DNA from: Macrostomum lignano
Taxonomy: Eukaryota
Assembly: GCA_002269645.1 (NCBI GenBank)
Contig: NIVC01000043.1
Coordinates: forward strand, 62,001-126,000
Length of the DNA: 64,000 nucleotides
Direction of reading: 5' to 3'
Shown piece after piece: positions 49,848 to 64,000 of this stretch. Both the position numbers and the translations under genes were made by a program. Each line of letters starts with the position of its first letter. The stretch's first letter is position 1. Below the pieces are notes generated by a model. That model saw nothing but the letters and a program-made list of their open reading frames with translations. It made no database searches and had not been told where the DNA came from.

Positions 49848-51808
49848 CTAGCACGCACATCTGCCGCCGCCGATTTCATCGTCCTCATCTGCGTTACCAC
49901 GCCGCGGCTTGTTCTTCGCGCCGCTAACCGCCCCCAGCCGGACAATGGCCGGATCGTCGGTCAGTGAGACTGTCTGAGCCGCCGACTCAGAGTTGGCAGT
50001 CTTGGCTAGCACCGATTCAATTAGAAATCGCATCGCCTCCTCAATCATGACGCCCTCCTTGGCGCTGACCTCTGTCCAACCAATGAAGCCGTTCTCTCTG
50101 CAGAATGTCTCAATTTCGGACAGTTGCAGCTGCCGCTCGCCGCTCAACAAGTCGCATTTATTGGCCAGCAGGATGGCCGGTAGCGGGCTGCCATCGGGCA
50201 GGGCGCATTTGCTGTCCAAATCGCGTTTCCATTTCAGCGCACCGTCAAATGTTGAGCGTTTGGTTAAGTCAAATACGATTACGGCTGCGTGGGCGTCTCT
50301 GTAGTACACTCGCGTCATGGAGGTGAACCTGCAGGGGTGGGGGGTTGACTGACTGCCTGTGTCTTTCTCTGTGTCTCAGTCAGTCAGTCAGTGGGTCAGT
50401 CAGTGGGTCAGTCAGTGGGTCAGTCAGTCAGTCAGTCACCCACTCACTCAAGTCAGTCAGTCAGTGGGTCAGTCAGTCAGTCAGTCAGTGGGTCAGTCAG
50501 TCAGTCAGTCAGTGGGTCAGTCAGTGGGTCAGTCAGTGGGTCAGTCAGTGGGTCAGTCAGTCAGTCACCCACTCACTCAAGTCAGTCAGTCAGTGGGTCA
50601 GTCAGTGGGTCAGTCAGTCAGTCAGTCAGTCAGTGGGTCAGTCAGTGGGTCAGTCAGTCAGTGGGTCAGTCAGTCAGTGGGTCAGTCAGTGGGTCAGTCA
50701 GTCAGTCAGTCAGTCAGTCAGTCAGTCAGTCAGTCAGTCAGTCAGTCAGTCAGTCAGTCAGTCAGTCAGTCAGTCAGTCAGTCAGTCAGTCAGTCAGTCA
50801 GTCAGTCAGTCAGTCAGTCAGTCAGTCAGTCAGTCAGTCAGTCAGTCAGTCAGTCAGTCAGTCAGTCAGTCAGTCAGTCAGTCAGTCAGTCAGTCAGTCA
50901 GTCAGTCAGTCAGTCAGTCAGTCAGTCAGTCAGTCAGTCAGTCAGTCAGTCAGTCAGTCAGTCAGTCAGTCAGTGGGTAAGTGGGCCAGTCAGTCAGTGG
51001 GTCAGTCAGTCAGTCAGTCAGTCAGTCAGTCAGTCAGTCAGTCAGTGGGTCAGTCAGTCAGTCAGTCAGTCACCCACTCACTCAAGTCAGTCAGTCAGTG
51101 GGTCAGTCAGTGGGTCAGTCAGTCAGTCAGTCAGTCAGTCAGTCAGTCACCCACTCACTCAAGTCAGTCAGTCAGTCAGTGGGTCAGTCAGTCAGTGGGT
51201 AAGTGGGTCAGTCAGTCAGTCAGTGGGTCAGTCAGTCAGTGGGTCAGTGGGTCAGTGGGTCAGTCAGTCAGTCAGTCAGTCAGTCAGTCAGTCAGTCAGT
51301 CAGTCAGTCAGTCAGTCAGTCAGTCAGTCAGTGGGTAAGTGGGCCAGTCAGTCAGTGGGTCAGTCAGTGGGTCAGTCAGTGGGTCAGTCAGTCAGTGGGT
51401 CAGTCAGTGGGTCAGTCAGTGGGTCAGTCAGTCAGTCAGTCAGTCAGTCAGTCAGTCAGTCAGTCAGTCAGTCAGTCACCCACTCACTCAAGTCAGTCAG
51501 TCAGTGGGTCAGTCTGTGGGTCAGTCAGTGGGTCAGTCAGTGGGTCAGTCAGTCAGTCAGTCAGTCAGTCAGTCAGTCAGTCAGTCAGTCAGTCAGTCAG
51601 CCAGTGCTCACCTCTCCTGCCCGGCAATGTCCCACATCTGCAGTTTAATAGTTTGAGTGTCAGACCAGCGAATAACTTTAAGCGCAAAGTCCACCCCGAT
51701 GGTCTGCTTATAGTCAGTCTGAAACATGTTATTCACATATCGATGAACGAACGAAGTTTTACCAACTGTTGGATCGCCAATTACTAATATTTTCATTAGT
51801 TGCTCCAT
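49848..51808 (-). CDS. RAB29: Rab32/38/29-subfamily GTPase, closest to Rab29 (Rab7L1), 225 aa
   Basis: Exons 51808-51612 and 50328-49848 (phase 2). GDPTVGKT, IGVDFALKV, the subfamily-diagnostic WDIAGQE, then RFTSMTRVYYRDA (Rab29-like rather than Rab32 FGNMTR), WKRDLDSK, NKCD, C-terminal CAC prenylation motif. Confidence 0.85.
50375..51600. repeat. (CAGT)n microsatellite with GGGT variants, Rab intron
   Basis: Direct inspection. Confidence 0.98.
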
Positions 51809-51974
51809 CGGGAAAATTTACTGAAAGTAGTAACAATGAGGAGGTATGCTTTATAATGTACAAATATGTATTGGATAGAAAATAATAAATAGAATCAAGC
51901 AATTGTTCATTGTTAATAATTAAAAATTTGACACGAAAGTTAGTTTAGTCACTAAGTATAGTCACTGCCATACT

Positions 51975-52470
51975 TAAAGTCCCACTCCAGTCCCATCCCA
52001 GGTCCCAACCGAGTCCCACTCCAGGTCCCAACCGAGTGCCACTCCAACCCCACTCCAGGTCCCAACCGAGTGCCACTCCAACCCCACTCCAGGTCCCAAC
52101 CGAGTGCCACTCCAACCCCACTCCAGGTCCCAACCGAGTGCCACTCCAACCCCACTCCAGGTCCCAACCGAGTGCCACTCCAACCCCACTCCAGGTCCCA
52201 ACCGAGTGCCACTCCAACCCCACTCCAGGTCCCAACCGAGTGCCACTCCAACCCCACTCCAGGTCCCAACCGAGTGCCACTCCAACCCCACTCCAGGTCC
52301 CAGTCCCAATCCCAGCCCCACTCCAAGTCCCAATCCGACTCCCAGTTCCACTTCCAGTCCAAGTCCCAGTCCTATTCCGGTCCCAGTTTCAGTATACTCG
52401 TAAGTCCCAGTCCTAGTCTAGTCCCAACCCCAGTCCCACTCCAAGTCCCAGTCCCAGTCCTACTGCTATG
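51975..52470. repeat. 34-bp C-rich minisatellite (CCACTCCAACCCCACTCCAGGTCCCAACCGAGTG) with decayed flanks
   Basis: Direct inspection. Confidence 0.92.
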
Positions 52471-52863
52471 AAACAAGCTACAAATTTAACAAAGAAATCA
52501 CAAATAAAGTAGCAAGTGTCTACTAAGACAATGCAGTAATGTTAATTTACTGCATACATTAGTTTGTATGTAATAATTGATTTATTATTGGTTGAAATTC
52601 TAAATTTTCTATACGGGGCCTATTTAGTGAATACATAAGCTAGGACTGAAAGTGAGTGAATATTTAGCTAGGTCGACATTTTTGTATCAGTATAACAGAG
52701 CCATTGAACCTCTATTATTAAAATTGGCTATTTCATAAACTACAGTTCTAGATGCTGTAATATAAAGCTAAACGAACACACTACTTGCAGTCTTAGTCGA
52801 GTAGTAGTATCAGTTTCTCAAATAGTTATAGTTTTACAGGCCGCCCAGAACCGGGGGGCAAAC

Positions 52864-54864
52864 TTAGGGCGCCATCTCTTTCGGATTTCGATCGTGATTG
52901 TTGCCGAATTTGCGCATGTTGCCAATCAAAGTGTCCTCGTGCTCCAGAGTGCCAGGCTCCATATCAATCACATTCGGATATTTGTTTGGATCGCCTCGGC
53001 TGCCAACTTCGCCGTATTTTCTTTCCCACAGCATCCGGTGCTTCTGCTTCATCAGGGCGTTCTTAACGTTGTGCGCGTAGCCCATGTCGCCGTGCTTGAT
53101 GAAGTAGTTGGTGGAGGCTGCGTGGGTGGGAGGGGAGTTTCAACTACTTGTCACTCCCATAGATTGCCACTTTTCACTCTACTTGTCACTCTCCTAGATG
53201 GCTACTTGTCACTCTCCTAGATGACTACTTGTCACTCTCCTAGATGGCTACTTGTCACTCTCCTAGATGACTACTTGTCACTCCCATAGATTGCCACTTT
53301 TCACTCTCCTAGATGGCTACTTGTCACTCTCCTAGATGGCTACTTGTCACTCTCCTAGATGACTACTTGTCACTCTCCTAGATGGCCAGTTGTCCCTCTC
53401 CTAGATGGCTACTTGTCACTCTCCTAGATGGCCAGTTGTCCCTCTCCTAGATGGCTACTTGTCACTCTCCTAGATGGCCACTTGTCCCTCTCCTAGATGA
53501 CTACTTGTCACTCTCCTAGATGGCTACTTGTCACTCTCCTAGATGACTACTTGTCACTCTCCTAGATGACTACTTGTCACTCTCCTAGATGGCTACTTGT
53601 CACTCTCCTAGATGGCTACTTGTCACTCTCCTAGATGACTACTTGTCACTCCCATAGATTGCCACTTTTCACTCTCCTAGATGGCCACTTGTCCCTCTCC
53701 TAGATGGCTACTTGTCACTCTCCTAGATGGCTACTTGTCACTCTCCTAGATGACTACTTGTCACTCTCCTAGATGGCTACTTGTCACTCTCCTAGATGAC
53801 TACTTGTCACTCCCATAGATTGCCACTTTTCACTCTCCTAGATGGCTACTTGTCACTCTCCTAGATGGCTACTTGTCACTCTCCTAGATGACTACTTGCC
53901 ACTCTCCTAGATGGCTACTTGTCACTCTCCTAGATGACTACTTGTCACTCTCCTAGATGGCTACTTGTCACTCTCCTAGATGACTACTTGTCACTCCCAT
54001 AGATTGCCACTTTTCACTCTCCTAGATGGCTACTTGTCACTCTCCTAGATGGCTACTTGTCACTCTCCTAGATGACTACTTGTCACTCTCCTAGATGACT
54101 ACTTGTCACTCTCCTAGATGACTATTTGTCACACTCTCCTATTCACACTATAGCTATCCTTGTCACTCTTTCGATCGCTGAGCCTAGCTAGTCTAATTCT
54201 AACCCTTGTCACTGTTCCTTTAACCTGGTCACTCTCGTCATAGATTTTCTTCCGATCGCGAAGATTACCTTCATCATAATCCTTTTGAATCTGGCCGCAG
54301 TGTTTCTCAATAAGGTCGCGCTGCCTGCCGTACCACTGGAAGCACTGTTCCCGCCGACGACGAAGTATGTTGACAATCTCCTGGTCAACCAGGCTGGGTT
54401 AGTTGGGGACAGGTAAAAATTTACTTGTAATTAAAAAGTAGCTATTTTCAGTCTCGAAAATATCAACGCTACATATCGGGAAAATGGTTTTATTGTATAG
54501 ATTTTCACATCGATATCACAAAAATAGTGATAATTATTTGACATTTTTACTAGTTAGTAGGTTAGTAAGAAAATGTAACTTTTTTTAATTTAACAGTAAA
54601 AACTCACCGATCCCTTTTGTACTGCTCGTCGGCCTCCAGATTGCAAAGTTCGTCATCAACAAAGCACTGGTCGATAGTAGGCACCCTAGGATATCGGCGA
54701 TGATAATATGGATATTTCTTCCTGTACTTGTCAATCACATTCTCCTTGAACCAGGTGGTTGGCAAGTCGAATGCTTTGAATAGCCAAGTGTCAGTGAACG
54801 CCTTGCTAGTCACCGGGGTGTAGAGCGACTCCCGTGTCGGTTCAGGCTCGTGTCCGCCGCCCAT
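52864..54864 (-). CDS. NDUFB10: NADH:ubiquinone oxidoreductase subunit B10 (PDSW), about 211 aa
   Basis: Exons 54864-54608, 54393-54269, 53117-52864 (phase 2, phase 1). YPYYHRRYPRVPTIDQC..D.LC..EA..Q.KRD.LVDQEIV.ILR.R...C; NY..KHGDMG....VKNALMKQKHRM.WER. Confidence 0.92.
53145..54135. repeat. 23-bp minisatellite (CTTGTCACTCTCCTAGATGGCTA), NDUFB10 intron 2
   Basis: Direct inspection. Confidence 0.95.
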
Positions 54865-55399
54865 CCTTTATTGCTATTAGTAATATGTTAAGTTTTAGTC
54901 GCTAAGAAGCTGCGGGATTCAAGAAGGTAAGAGTAAAGTCATTGTAGAATTTTTACAATGGGCACCGGCCCTTGTGAATTTAATAAAATCGCTGAATAAA
55001 AAAACACAGCAGAGATTCCAAAAAACCATTGGCAAAAAACAAAGGATTTTTGTTTTTTTGCGCCAATATGTATTTCACTGCGAATGCACAAAAAGATCTT
55101 AAAGGCTTCCTCGCTTTAATTTAAGAGAAATTACACAGATACAATGCGTTGAACTACCGAAAGACACTGCAATGAGAAACTCTAAACAGATTATCAAAAA
55201 TATGCTTTTTAGGGCACAGGGAAAATATAAAATCATAACAGAAATGCTTCTCTAAAGAACTAACAGTTATACTGTATGGTTAGTCAGTCTAGTGCAAAGC
55301 ATTATGAAGATAAACACGATTCTATTAATAGACTTTTAACCAGATCACACTAAATACGAAGTACTTGACATGATTGCTATTCTTCAATAAGTATGTGCT

Positions 55400-56935
55400 A
55401 TCACACCCACCCGTCACCCTCCAGTCCTTCAGCATCTCCCCCCGTCACCCTTCACTCCTTCAGCATCTCCCCCCGTCACCCTCCACTCCTTCAGCATCTC
55501 CCCCCGTCACCCTCCACTCCTTCAGCTCCCCCCGTCACCCTCCACTCCTTCAGCTCCCCCCGTCACCCTCCACTCCTTCAGCTCCCCCCGTCACCCTCCA
55601 CTCCTTCAGCTCCCCCGTCACCCTCCACTCCTTCAGCTCCCCCTGTCACCATCCACTCCATCAGCTCCCCCGTCACCATCCACTCCATCAGCTCCCCCGT
55701 CACCATCCACTCCTTCAGCATCTCCCCCCGTCACCCTCCACTCCTTCAGCTCCCCCTGTCACCCTCCACTCCTTCAGCTCCCCCCGTCACCCTCCAGTCC
55801 TTCAGCTCCCCCGTCACCCTCCACTCCTTCAGCTCCCCCTGTCACCATCCACTCCTTCAGCTCCCCCCGTCACCCCCAGTCCTTCAGCTCCCCCGTCACC
55901 ATCCAGTCCTTCAGCTCCCCCGTCACCCCCCAGTCCTTCAGCTCCCCCGTCACCCCCAGTCCTTCAGCTCCCCCGTCACCCCCAGTCCTTCAGCTCCCCC
56001 CGTCACCATCCAGTCCTTCAGCTCCCCCCGTCACCCCCCAGTCCTTCAGCTCCCCCGTCACCCTCCACTCCTTCAGCTCCCCCCGTCACCATCCAGTCCT
56101 TCAGCTCCCCCCGTCACCCCCAGTCCTTCAGCTCCCCCCGTCACCATCCAGTCCTTCAGCTCCCCCGTCACCATCCAGTCCTTCAGCTCCCCCGTCACCA
56201 TCCACTCCTTCAGCATCTCCCCCCGTCACCCTCCACTCCTTCAGCATCTCCCCCGTCACCCTTCACTCCTTCAGCATCTCCCCCGTCACCATCCACTCCT
56301 TCAGCATCTCCCCCCGTCACCCTCCACTCCTTCAGCTCCCCCGTCACCCTCCACTCCTTCAGCTCCCCCGTCACCCTCCACTCCTTCAGCTCCCCCGTCA
56401 CCCTCCACTCCTTCAGCTCCCCCGTCACCCTCCAGTCCTTCAGCTCCCCCCGTCACCCTCAAGTCCTTCAGCTCCCCCGTCACCCTCCACTCCTTCAGCT
56501 CCCCCCGTCACCCTCCACTCCTTCAGCTCCCCCGTCACCCTCCACTCCTTCAGCTCCCCCCGTCACCCTCCACTCCTTCAGCTCCCCCGTCACCCTCCAC
56601 TCCTTCAGCTCCCCCGTCACCCCCCAATCCTTCAGCTCCCCCGTCACCCTCCACTCCTTCAGCTCCCCCCGTCACCCTCCACTCCTTCAGCTCCCCCCGT
56701 CACCCTCCACTCCTTCAGCTCCCCCCGTCACCCTCCAGTCCTTCAGCTCCCCCGTCACCCTCCACTCCTTCAGCTCCCCCGTCACCCTCCACTCCTTCAG
56801 CTCCCCCGTCACCCTCCACTCCTTCAGCTCCCCCCGTCACCATCCACTCCTTCAGCTCCCCCGTCACCCTCCACTCCTTCAGCTCCCCCGTCACCCCCCA
56901 ATCCAATTCAGCTCCCCCCGTCACCCTGCGGTCCA
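55400..56935. repeat. ~27-bp C-rich minisatellite (CAGCTCCCCCGTCACCCTCCACTCCTT)
   Basis: Direct inspection; source of the 531/523-aa Pro/Ser pseudo-ORFs. Confidence 0.95.
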
Positions 56936-56944
56936 TTCCAAGCA

Positions 56945-59225
<2,281 letters not shown>

Positions 59226-59370
59226 CTGCGGGCGGGATTAGAAAGTGAGAATTTCAAAACAAGGATCAAAAGAAAAGTCTTTGTTCTTGATGCCTTATAT
59301 CTGAGTCTAAGTTTAGTTCTTACAGATTTTAAGAGGATTTAGAAGTCTTAGCTTTGGATTCTGTTTTAGA

Positions 59371-59651
59371 GCCCAATTAGGCCAGATGTGCAACCGACAG
59401 CTCAGCCGCAGCTATTGCGCGGCGCATCTGAAGGCTGCGTACGGCTGTTCAGTCCAAGGACTGGGGGGTTGCCACACACAGCCTCAATTACCCCAGCTAA
59501 TGCTGGCACCCATTTTACAGCTGGGTGAACTGAAGCAATGCAGAGTTAAGTGTCTTGCTCAAGGACACAAATTGTTCCGACTGGAATCGGGAATCGAACC
59601 CCCGACCTTTAAGTCGTGAGTGCGACGCTCTAACCACTAGGCTACAACCTC
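59371..59651 (-). mobile_element. CORE-like tRNA-derived SINE family A, copy 2 (full head)
   Basis: Minus strand GGTTGTAGCCTAGTGGTTAGAGCG..GGGGGTTCGATTCCCG (A and B boxes), then GTGTCCTTGAGCAAGACACTTAACTCTGCATTGCTTCAGTTCACCCAGCTGTAAAATGGG (MIR/CORE-like). The anticodon stem does not pair. Confidence 0.8.
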
Positions 59652-60019
59652 CTTTGTTTTAAGGAATTAGAAGTCTTCGTTTTGAGGAATTAACGGGGAT
59701 ATTATTAGCTCCAAAAGAGACCAGGGTTAGGGTTAGTTTTAATTAATAAAAAATCTGTATTTAAAATTTACTAAAGCTTAATAATAAATTGTTACACCGA
59801 TGTCAATTTATCATTCGACCTAATGTAGCACGAGACAATTTTATTAATATAAAAAACCAATTCTCACAGAAAATAATTAGAAATCAATGATATCAATCGT
59901 AAAACACAGTAAAACACAGATAAAAGCTGGCAAATTTCTGAATAGAATAAACTTGTTAGAATCGGCACATTACATGTCAGACATTGGAATATGAAAAAGT
60001 TGAATCATGAGCAGTCTAC

Positions 60020-60439
60020 TCAAGACGGCTTCAGCATGAGACCAAGCTGTTCAGTGGCAAACGCACTCAGCTGGGTAAGCATCTGAGTTCGCAGATCCAT
60101 ATTGCCAGCCAGCATAGTAGCCAGCATAACCGCATCAGTAATGTCAAAACCGCGCAATAAATCCATTGTAGAGTCCACCAAATCGTTGCGTTTTTCTTGC
60201 GGCAATCGAAGCAGCACCGTAGCCAGCGGTTCGAATTGGCCCGACGTGGCCCAGGCGCCCGCCAGGCCACCAACGGCGCCGCCGACGGCTACACCGACTG
60301 GGCCACCGAGAAGTCCGCCGACAAAGGCGCCACCTCCGGCGATTGCAGCACCTTTAGCGGACTGCTTCACGGTGACTCGAATGCCTTCCTCCTCGGATAG
60401 CTTCACTAGCAGGTCGAAGACTTTTACCGGATCTAGCAT
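60020..60439 (-). CDS. C19orf12: C19orf12 / Nazo family glycine-zipper protein, 139 aa
   Basis: Single coding exon. [67 protein letters not shown] closely parallels human C19orf12 ([48 protein letters not shown]). Confidence 0.93.
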   Translation of the reverse strand: [139 protein letters not shown]

Positions 60440-60484
60440 TGCTGCCGGCTGTTGGCGCGGAGAGGGTGGCTACCTGTGAGATGC

Positions 60485-61185
60485 TTAGCTGTGCTTAGCT
60501 ATGAGATTGGGATGCTTAGCTATGAGATTGGGATGCTTAGCTATGAGATTGGGATGCTTAGCTATGAGATTGGGATACTCAGCTATGAGATTGGGATGCT
60601 TAGCTATGAGATTGGGATGCTTAGCTATGAGATTGGGATGCTTAGCTGTGACATTGGGATGCTTAGCTATGAGATTGGGATGCTTAGCTATGAGATTGGG
60701 ATGCTTAGCTGTGACATTGGGATGCTTAGCTGTGACATTGGGATGCTTAGCTGTGAGATTGGGATGCTTAGCTATGAGATTGGGATGCTTAGCTATGAGA
60801 TTGGGATGCTTAGCTGTGACATTGGGATGCTTAGCTATGAGATTGGGATGCTTAGCTATGAGATTGGGATGCTTAGCTGTGACATTGGGATGCTTAGCTA
60901 TGAGATTGGGATGCTTAGCTGTGACATTGGGATGCTTAGCTATGAGATTGGGATGCTTAGCTATGAGATTGGGATGCTTAGCTGTGACATTGGGATGCTT
61001 AGCTGTGACATTGGGATGCTTAGCTATGAGATTGGGATGCTTAGCTATGAGATTGGGATGCTTAGCTATGAGATTGGGATGCTTAGTTATGAGATTGGGA
61101 TGCTTAGCTGTGACATTGGGGTGCTTAGCTATGAGATTGGGATGCTTAGCTGAGATCGGGGTGCTTAGCTGTGAGATTAGCATAC
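60485..61185. repeat. 21-bp minisatellite (ATGCTTAGCTATGAGATTGGG) upstream of C19orf12
   Basis: Direct inspection; lies next to an acceptor-like ctcacag. Confidence 0.96.
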
Positions 61186-61944
61186 TAAGCTTAGATAAAA
61201 GACTAAAACGATGCCAAAGTCAAATGCAACAGGTTGGTAAAGCAACGCAAAAATCGATTTGCACAATATTTATTGATTGCCATAGATATTACAAAATTGC
61301 GAGACAAGGTTTAACAAAATTTAACAAAGTTAAAAAAAGACAAAAGAAGAGTCAACTAGTTTAAACGCAGGCCGTCCAAGGATAGCTTAGGAGAAAAAAT
61401 AACAAGTCACAAAAGGCAAGTTAAAAAATAGGCTGCCTTACATGGCGCATATATGGTACTAATATTTAATAAATAAATAAATAAAGCGTGTTTGTAAAGC
61501 AGCACAACAAAGACTGGCGGATATGTACGCACAAGGAAGGCAAAGTGAGACAAAGAAGAATCGAACAAAAAAACAAGCAATGCAGATAGCACCGATAGGC
61601 AAACAAAAAATAGTCACATAAAATAGTGCATGTTAATAAACACATGGGAAATGCTTTTAAGTGGGACAAGTTTGCAAAAAAATATATTAAATTAGCAAGT
61701 GCATGCGCGATTTTTATTACTTAAAGTAGCGAAATTGAAAGGCAAAACGTAAGTAATTAAAAATTAGATTAAGTAAAACAAACGGGTAGCAACCGTATGC
61801 AGGATTTAATTTACCGATTAACAATTTTGGCTGAATTGGGTCAATGCGTACTTTACTATGCAATTTATGAGGAAAATACAAAAATAACTTTGATTCTAAA
61901 GCTGCTGTGTGGTTCAGGAGCTACCCCTAAATTTTTCAGGTAGT

Positions 61945-64000
61945 GCAAAGGCGATTCTCATGGGTAGTTTAGGGGCGACTCTCACGGGTAGTTTAGGGGC
62001 GACTCTCACGGGTAGTTTAGGGGCGACTCTCACAGGTAGTTTAGGGGCGACTCTCACAGGTAGTTAAGGAGCGACTCTCACGGGTAGTTTAGGGGCGACT
62101 CTCACAGGTAGTTAAGGAGCGACTCTCACGGGTAGTTTAGGGGCGACTCTCACGGGTAGTTTAGGGGCGACTCTCACGGGTAGTTTAGGGGCGACTCTCA
62201 CGGGTAGTTTAGTGGCGATTCTCACGGGTAGTTCAGGGGCGACTCTCACGGGTAGTTTAGGGGCGACTCTCACGGGTAGTTTAGGGGCGACTCTCACAGG
62301 TAGTTAAGGAGCGACTCTCACGGGTATTTTAGTGGCGATTCTCATGGGCAGTTTAGGGGCGACTCTCACGGGTAGTTTAGGGGCGGGCGATTCTCATGGG
62401 CAGTTTAGGGGCGACTCTCACGGGTAGTTTAGGGGCGACTCTCACGGGTAGTTTAGGGGCGACTCTCACAGGTAGTTAAGGAGCGACTCTCACGGGTATT
62501 TTAGTGGCGATTCTCATGGGCAGTTTAGGGGCGATTCTCACGGGTAGTTTAGGGGCGGGCGATTCTCATGGGCAGTTTAGGGGCGACTCTCACGGGTAGT
62601 TTAGGGGCGACTCTCACGGGTAGTTTAGGGACGATTCTCACGGGTAGTTTAGGGACGATTCTCACGGGTAGTTTAGGGGCGATTCTCATGGGCAGTTTAG
62701 GGGCGACTCTCACGGGTAGTTTAGGGGCGATTCTCACGGGTAGTTTAGTGGCGATTCTCACGGGTAGTTTAGGGGCGATTCTCACGGGTAGTTTAGGGGC
62801 GATTCTCACAGGTAGTTTAGGGGCGATTCTCACGGGTAGTATAGTGGCGATTCTCATGGGCAGTTTAGTGGCGATTCTCACGGGTAGTTCAGGGGCGATT
62901 CTCACAGGTAGTTTAGGGGCGACTCTCACGGGTAGTTTAGGGGCGACTCTCACGGGTAGTTTAGGGGCGACTCTCACAGGTAGTTAAGGAGCGACTCTCA
63001 CGGGTATTTTAGTGGCGATTCTCATGGGCAGTTTAGGGGCGATTCTCACGGGTAGTTTAGGGGCGGGCGATTCTCATGGGCAGTTTAGGGGCGACTCTCA
63101 CGGGTAGTTTAGGGGCGACTCTCACGGGTAGTTTAGGGACGATTCTCACGGGTAGTTTAGGGACGATTCTCACGGGTAGTTTAGGGGCGATTCTCATGGG
63201 CAGTTTAGGGGCGACTCTCACGGGTAGTTTAGGGGCGATTCTCACGGGTAGTTTAGTGGCGATTCTCACGGGTAGTTTAGGGGCGATTCTCACGGGTAGT
63301 TTAGGGGCGATTCTCACAGGTAGTTTAGGGGCGATTCTCACGGGTAGTATAGTGGCGATTCTCATGGGCAGTTTAGTGGCGATTCTCACGGGTAGTTCAG
63401 GGGCGATTCTCACAGGTAGTTTAGGGGCGACTCTCACGGGTAGTTTAGGGGCGACTCTCACGGGTAGTTTAGGGACGATTCTCACGGGTAGTTTAGGGAC
63501 GATTCTCACGGGTAGTTTAGGGGCGATTCTCATGGGCAGTTTAGTGGCGATTCTCATGGGCAGTTTAGGGGCGATTCTCACGGGTAGTTTAGGGGCGGGC
63601 GATTCTCATGGGCAGTTTAGGGGCGACTCTCACGGGTAGTTTAGGGGCGACTCTCACGGGTAGTTTAGGGACGATTCTCACGGGTAGTTTAGGGACGATT
63701 CTCACGGGTAGTTTAGGGGCGATTCTCATGGGCAGTTTAGGGGCGACTCTCACGGGTAGTTTAGGGGCGATTCTCACGGGTAGTTTAGTGGCGATTCTCA
63801 CGGGTAGTTTAGGGGCGATTCTCACGGGTAGTTTAGGGGCGATTCTCACAGGTAGTTTAGGGGCGATTCTCACGGGTAGTATAGTGGCGATTCTCATGGG
63901 CAGTTTAGTGGCGATTCTCACGGGTAGTTCAGGGGCGATTCTCACAGGTAGTTTAGGGGCGACTCTCACGGGTAGTTTAGGGGCGACTCTCACGGGTAGT
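61945..64000. repeat. 24-bp minisatellite (GCGA(C/T)TCTCACGGGTAGTTTAGGG) with ~520-bp higher-order repeats; runs off the window
   Basis: Direct inspection; identical variant strings recur at 62549, 63057 and 63589. Confidence 0.96.

Noticed and set aside
50345-51787. Long SQSV ORFs
   Set aside because: (CAGT)n microsatellite within the Rab intron.
59575-59651. Possible tRNA gene on the minus strand
   Set aside because: A and B boxes are present but the anticodon and acceptor stems do not pair; it is the head of a SINE with a second copy at 7230-7461.
59720-59740. Telomeric repeat (AGGGTTAGGGTTAG)
   Set aside because: Only about two units; not an interstitial telomere array.
60452-63993. 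ORFs with GMLSYEI / AKHPNLI / RVAPKLPV repeats
   Set aside because: In-frame 21- and 24-bp minisatellites; no coding evidence.

Overview
Eukaryotic, intron-rich animal DNA. It is most consistent with a free-living flatworm of the Macrostomum type: GC-rich exons, most introns filled by a private minisatellite, and a 44-nt match to the Macrostomum spliced leader as I recall it. Eleven protein-coding genes can be modelled with phase-consistent GT-AG junctions. On + are Rpn1/PSMD2, MRPL9 and a puromycin-sensitive aminopeptidase. On - are a somatomedin-B/7TM family-B-like GPCR, DNAJC21, a chimeric DNAJC21-J-domain::C19orf12 gene, BCAS2, a Rab29/32-type GTPase, NDUFB10, a CIP2A-like ARM protein and a canonical C19orf12. 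Highlights: (1) an apparently new J-domain/C19orf12(Nazo) fusion gene with both parental genes in the window; (2) two genes whose ORFs start in phase 0 at a splice acceptor with no ATG, as expected if the flatworm SL donates the AUG; (3) a relic SL exon copy at 2688-2731; (4) the aminopeptidase nested antisense in a 9.5-kb GPCR intron; (5) seven consecutive co-oriented genes that may be polycistronic. There is no CRISPR array, rRNA or intact tRNA. Most long ORFs in the track are artefacts of tandem repeats. All homology calls are from memory of the families, not from database searches, and repeat boundaries are approximate.
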